Assembly: GCA_031421855.1 (NCBI GenBank)
Contig: JANOPN010000198.1
Span: 2,397 to 66,396 of the forward strand
DNA: 64,000 nucleotides
Origin: Comamonadaceae bacterium
GTDB lineage: Bacteria > Pseudomonadota > Gammaproteobacteria > Burkholderiales > Burkholderiaceae_C
Reading direction: 5' to 3'
Shown here: positions 61,277-64,000 of the stretch, piece by piece
Position numbering within the stretch: position 1 is the stretch's first letter
Layout of the letters: each line of letters starts with the position of its first letter
Translations under genes and position numbers: made by a program
Notes under the pieces: model-generated
What the model was told of the DNA's origin: nothing
Databases searched by the model: none
The model's input: the letters and a program-made list of their open reading frames with translations, nothing else

Positions 61277-62482
61277 TTAGACCCGTTCAACGATGGTCGC
61301 GATTCCCATGCCGCCGCCGACACACAGCGTTGCCAGGCCATATCGCAGCTGGCGGCGGTGCAACTCGTCGATTAGGGTGCCCAAAATCATCGCGCCAGTC
61401 GCGCCCAGCGGGTGACCCATGGCGATGGCACCGCCGTTGACGTTGACCTTGTCATGCGGCACACCCAGCTCTTGCATGAAACGCATCGGAACCGCCGCAA
61501 AGGCCTCGTTCACCTCAAACAAATCAATTTGGTCGATGCTCAAACCCGCCTTGGCCAGCGCCTTTCGCGCAGCGGGCATGGGGCCAGTGAGCATGATGGT
61601 TGGGTCAGCACCACTCAGCGCCGTGGCCACAATTCGGGCCCGTGGCTGCCAGCCGTATTCGCGCCCAATCGCCTCGCTGCCAACCAGCACGGCCGCAGCG
61701 CCATCCACGATGCCCGACGCATTGCCCGCGTGGTGAACGTGGTGGATGCGCTCGACTTGCGGATAGCGGCGCGCGGCGACCGCGTCAAAACCCATGGCCC
61801 CCATTTGCTCAAAACTGGGCTTGAGCGCAGCCAGGCCCGCCATTGTGGTGCGTGGCTTGATGAATTCGTCTTCCTCCAAAATGACCTGCCCGATCATGTC
61901 GCGCACCGGCACGATTGACGACTTGAAGTACCCCGCAGCGCGTGCGGCGGTTGCGCGCTGTTGTGAGCCCAGCGCGTAGGCATCAACATCGTCGCGGCTG
62001 AACCCGCTCAAGGTTGCGATCAAATCCGCGCCAATGCCCTGCGGCACGAAATCTGTGGCCATGTTGGTTTGCGGATCTTGCGCCCAAGCGCCGCCGTCAC
62101 TGCCCATCGCGACCCGGCTCATGCTCTCAACGCCCCCTGCGACGACCAAATCCTCCCAACCACTGGCGACTTTTTGGGCCGCCATGTTGACGGCCTCAAG
62201 GCCAGAGGCGCAAAACCGGTTGATTTGAACCCCCGCGCAACGAAAATCCCAGCCCGCCTTGAGTGCCGCGACCTTCGGCAAGACTGACCCCTGCTCGCCA
62301 ATCGGCGAGACGATGCCCATGACCACGTCGTCAACCCGGGCGGTATCAAAACCCTTGCGCCGCTGCAATTCAGTCAGCAAACCGGCCAACAAATCAACCG
62401 GCTTGACCTCATGCAAGCTGCCGTCTGACTTGCCTTTGCCTCGCGGTGTGCGAATGGCCTCGTAGATGAATGCTTGGGTCAC
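61277..62482 (-). CDS. Acetyl-CoA C-acyltransferase (thiolase)
   Basis: (M)[56 protein letters not shown] start with AGGA 8 nt upstream. Confidence 0.92.
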   Translation of the reverse strand: MTQAFIYEAIRTPRGKGKSDGSLHEVKPVDLLAGLLTELQRRKGFDTARVDDVVMGIVSPIGEQGSVLPKVAALKAGWDFRCAGVQINRFCASGLEAVNMAAQKVASGWEDLVVAGGVESMSRVAMGSDGGAWAQDPQTNMATDFVPQGIGADLIATLSGFSRDDVDAYALGSQQRATAARAAGYFKSSIVPVRDMIGQVILEEDEFIKPRTTMAGLAALKPSFEQMGAMGFDAVAARRYPQVERIHHVHHAGNASGIVDGAAAVLVGSEAIGREYGWQPRARIVATALSGADPTIMLTGPMPAARKALAKAGLSIDQIDLFEVNEAFAAVPMRFMQELGVPHDKVNVNGGAIAMGHPLGATGAMILGTLIDELHRRQLRYGLATLCVGGGMGIATIVERV

Positions 62483-62521
62483 GGCGTTTTTCCTGTGTGT
62501 GTGTCAAAAAAGAGTATATTC

Positions 62522-62550
62522 TTTTTGCCAAGCAAGCGCTTTGTAAAAAT
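62522..62550. promoter_or_regulatory. Second copy of the candidate TetR operator (TTTTTGCCAAGCAAGCGCTTTGTAAAAAT)
   Basis: Shares CCAAGCAAGCGCTT plus A/T flanks with 47818-47847. Lies in the 83-bp divergent thiolase/ACAD gap. Confidence 0.5.
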
Positions 62551-62565
62551 ACCCGGAAAGTCCAC

Positions 62566-63747
62566 ATGCCTGCCAGTCAATTGATCCCCCGCACCCTGTT
62601 TGACGCCGACCACGAGGCGTTTCGAGACAGCTTTCGCCGATTCATGAACATTGAAATTGCCCCACACCATGCGCAATGGGAGGAGCAAGGCTTCGTTGAT
62701 CGCGGCGTCTGGGACAAAGCAGGAGCAAACGGCTACCTTTGCATGGGGCTACCCGAGCGATTCGGTGGCTGCGGCGCGGACAAGCGCTTCTCCATCATTC
62801 AGATGGAAGAACTCGCCACCGGCGGATTCACGGGCATTGGCTACGGGCTGCACAGCGAAATCGTCGCGCCATACATCGCCCATTACGGCACGCCTGAGCA
62901 GCAAGCCCATTATTTGCCCGCCATGGCGAGTGGCACGACCATCGGGGCAATCGCCATGAGCGAGCCCGCAGCGGGCAGCGACTTGCAAGGCATCAAAACC
63001 ACCGCCATCGACCAAGGCGACCACTATGTGATCAATGGCAGCAAAACCTTCATCACCAACGGCTGGCACGCGGACTTGGTCATCGTCGTGGCCAAAACCA
63101 ACCCCCAGGCAGGTGCGAAGGGGACAAGCCTATTCTTAGTTGAGCGGGGCATGCCGGGGTTTGAAAAAGGCCAACGACTCAAAAAGCTTGGCCTCAAAGC
63201 GCAAGACACCAGCGAGCTGTTTTTCAACAACGTGCGCGTACCCAAAAGCCATTTGCTCGGAGGCGAGACCCAGCTCAACCGAGGCTTCATCTGCTTGATG
63301 GAGCAACTGCCGTGGGAGCGCCTGCAAATTGCAGTCACCGCAGTCGCGGCCGCCCAAGCTGCCATCGACTGGACGGTTGCCTATGTCAAAGAGCGGCAGG
63401 TCTTTGGCCAACCGGTCGCCAGCTTTCAGCACACCCGCTACCAACTCGCTGAGCTACAAACCCAAGTTCAAGTCGCCCGGGTATTTGTCGACCGCTGCAC
63501 CGAACTCGTCTTAAAAGACGAACTCGACACCAGCACCGCCAGCATGGCCAAGCTGTGGACGACCGACTTGCAATGCCAAGTCATGGATGCCTGCGTTCAA
63601 CTCTTTGGCGGCTATGGTTTCATGTGGGAGTACCCCATCACACGAGCCTACGCCGACGCCCGCGTGCAGCGCATTTACGGCGGCACCAACGAGATCATGA
63701 AAGAAGTGATCGCGCGCGGCATGGGTTTGAGCTCGGGTGGGCGTTGA
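62566..63747 (+). CDS. Acyl-CoA dehydrogenase
   Basis: GAIAMSEPAAGSDLQGI, FITNG, and the C-terminal FGGYGFMWEYPITRAYADARVQRIYGGTNEIM. ATG 62566 is the first ATG clear of the divergent thiolase. Confidence 0.9.
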   Translation: MPASQLIPRTLFDADHEAFRDSFRRFMNIEIAPHHAQWEEQGFVDRGVWDKAGANGYLCMGLPERFGGCGADKRFSIIQMEELATGGFTGIGYGLHSEIVAPYIAHYGTPEQQAHYLPAMASGTTIGAIAMSEPAAGSDLQGIKTTAIDQGDHYVINGSKTFITNGWHADLVIVVAKTNPQAGAKGTSLFLVERGMPGFEKGQRLKKLGLKAQDTSELFFNNVRVPKSHLLGGETQLNRGFICLMEQLPWERLQIAVTAVAAAQAAIDWTVAYVKERQVFGQPVASFQHTRYQLAELQTQVQVARVFVDRCTELVLKDELDTSTASMAKLWTTDLQCQVMDACVQLFGGYGFMWEYPITRAYADARVQRIYGGTNEIMKEVIARGMGLSSGGR

Positions 63748-63754
63748 ATGAGTC

Positions 63755-63820
63755 CTAAAGATATAGCAACAGATTCAATGAATCCGTTGACCAAGTGCCG
63801 AAAAGTCATTATTTTTTGTC
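63755..63820 (+). repeat. Family-A interspersed repeat, copy 15 (core 63763-63796)
   Basis: AAGATATAGCAACAGATTCAATGAATCCGTTGACCAAGTGCCGAAAAGTCATTATTTTTT. Confidence 0.85.
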
Positions 63821-64000
63821 CCATGCGACTCCAATCGCATCCCACGGCATCGCCCGGTCGTTTTTGCTCAGGGCCAGCAGGTGTTCAGTGGGCGTAACCA
63901 ACAGCCTCGGCGCAACTTGCAGCTCAGGGTGCGCTTGACGATTGAGTGAAGCGCCAACGCATTTAAATCAGAAGCGCGCATCTAAACAAAAAACTAGGGA

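Noticed and set aside
63748-63762. AGTCCTAA just upstream of repeat copy 15 resembles the 3' end of the 102-nt hairpin element as it abuts copy 8 (28213-28220), hinting at a composite B+A element
   Set aside because: Only about 8 nt match and they sit immediately 3' of the ACAD stop codon. That is too short to distinguish from chance.
4442-63820. Could the family-A repeats be a CRISPR array, REP/BIME hairpins or terminators?
   Set aside because: Copies are dispersed one per gap, kilobases apart, in both orientations, so they are not an array. The core lacks dyad symmetry and a trailing T-run, so it is not a REP hairpin or an intrinsic terminator.
4442-63820. Could the family-A repeat be a portable sigma70 promoter?
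   Set aside because: In the consensus I found no -35/-10 pair at 16-18 nt spacing on either strand. Only copy 15 (GTTGACC variant, 63787-63815) fortuitously gives TTGACC-17 nt-TATTTT.

Overview
Moderately GC-rich proteobacterial chromosome segment. Gene order and protein families suggest Betaproteobacteria/Burkholderiales, which is an inference. About 60 protein genes; I saw no rRNA, tRNA, CRISPR array, transposase, integrase or phage genes. Left to right: (1) the distal half of the dcw division/cell-wall cluster (murD'-ftsW-murG-murC-ddl-ftsQ-ftsA-ftsZ), then lpxC and a translationally coupled 589-aa membrane protein of unknown function; (2) ruvC, a CdsA-like/PlsC-like lipid gene pair, a secreted alpha/beta hydrolase lipoprotein and a DegS/AlgW-like protease; (3) a TetR-headed beta-oxidation operon of the Cupriavidus fadB' type (17.6-27.5 kb); (4) a ~19 kb block (27.5-46.8 kb) that reads as a peptidoglycan/amino-sugar scavenging locus. 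It holds a VanX-like dipeptidase, DacB, a TonB-dependent receptor, an exported LdcA, and a nine-gene minus-strand operon: nagA, SIS deaminase, murQ, ampG, HGSNAT-like acyltransferase, GHL10 hydrolase, MurK-like kinase, AmiD-like amidase, AmpH-like serine hydrolase; (5) an atu/liu-like acyl-CoA carboxylase cluster with its own TetR and a convergent atuA; (6) a DUF4143 AAA ATPase, a thioesterase and a TTC38-like protein; (7) a second beta-oxidation module. The most unusual content is non-genic. A ~55-65 nt non-palindromic interspersed repeat occurs 15 times in 64 kb. It sits in 13 of ~23 sizeable intergenic gaps and in frame inside two coding genes, one copy carrying stop-removing substitutions. 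A separate 102-nt long-hairpin element occurs twice, and the differences between its copies preserve base pairing only for a plus-strand RNA. Start codons were chosen by eye from overlaps and SD-like motifs and are less certain than the gene calls. All homology statements come from recognised motifs, not from database searches.
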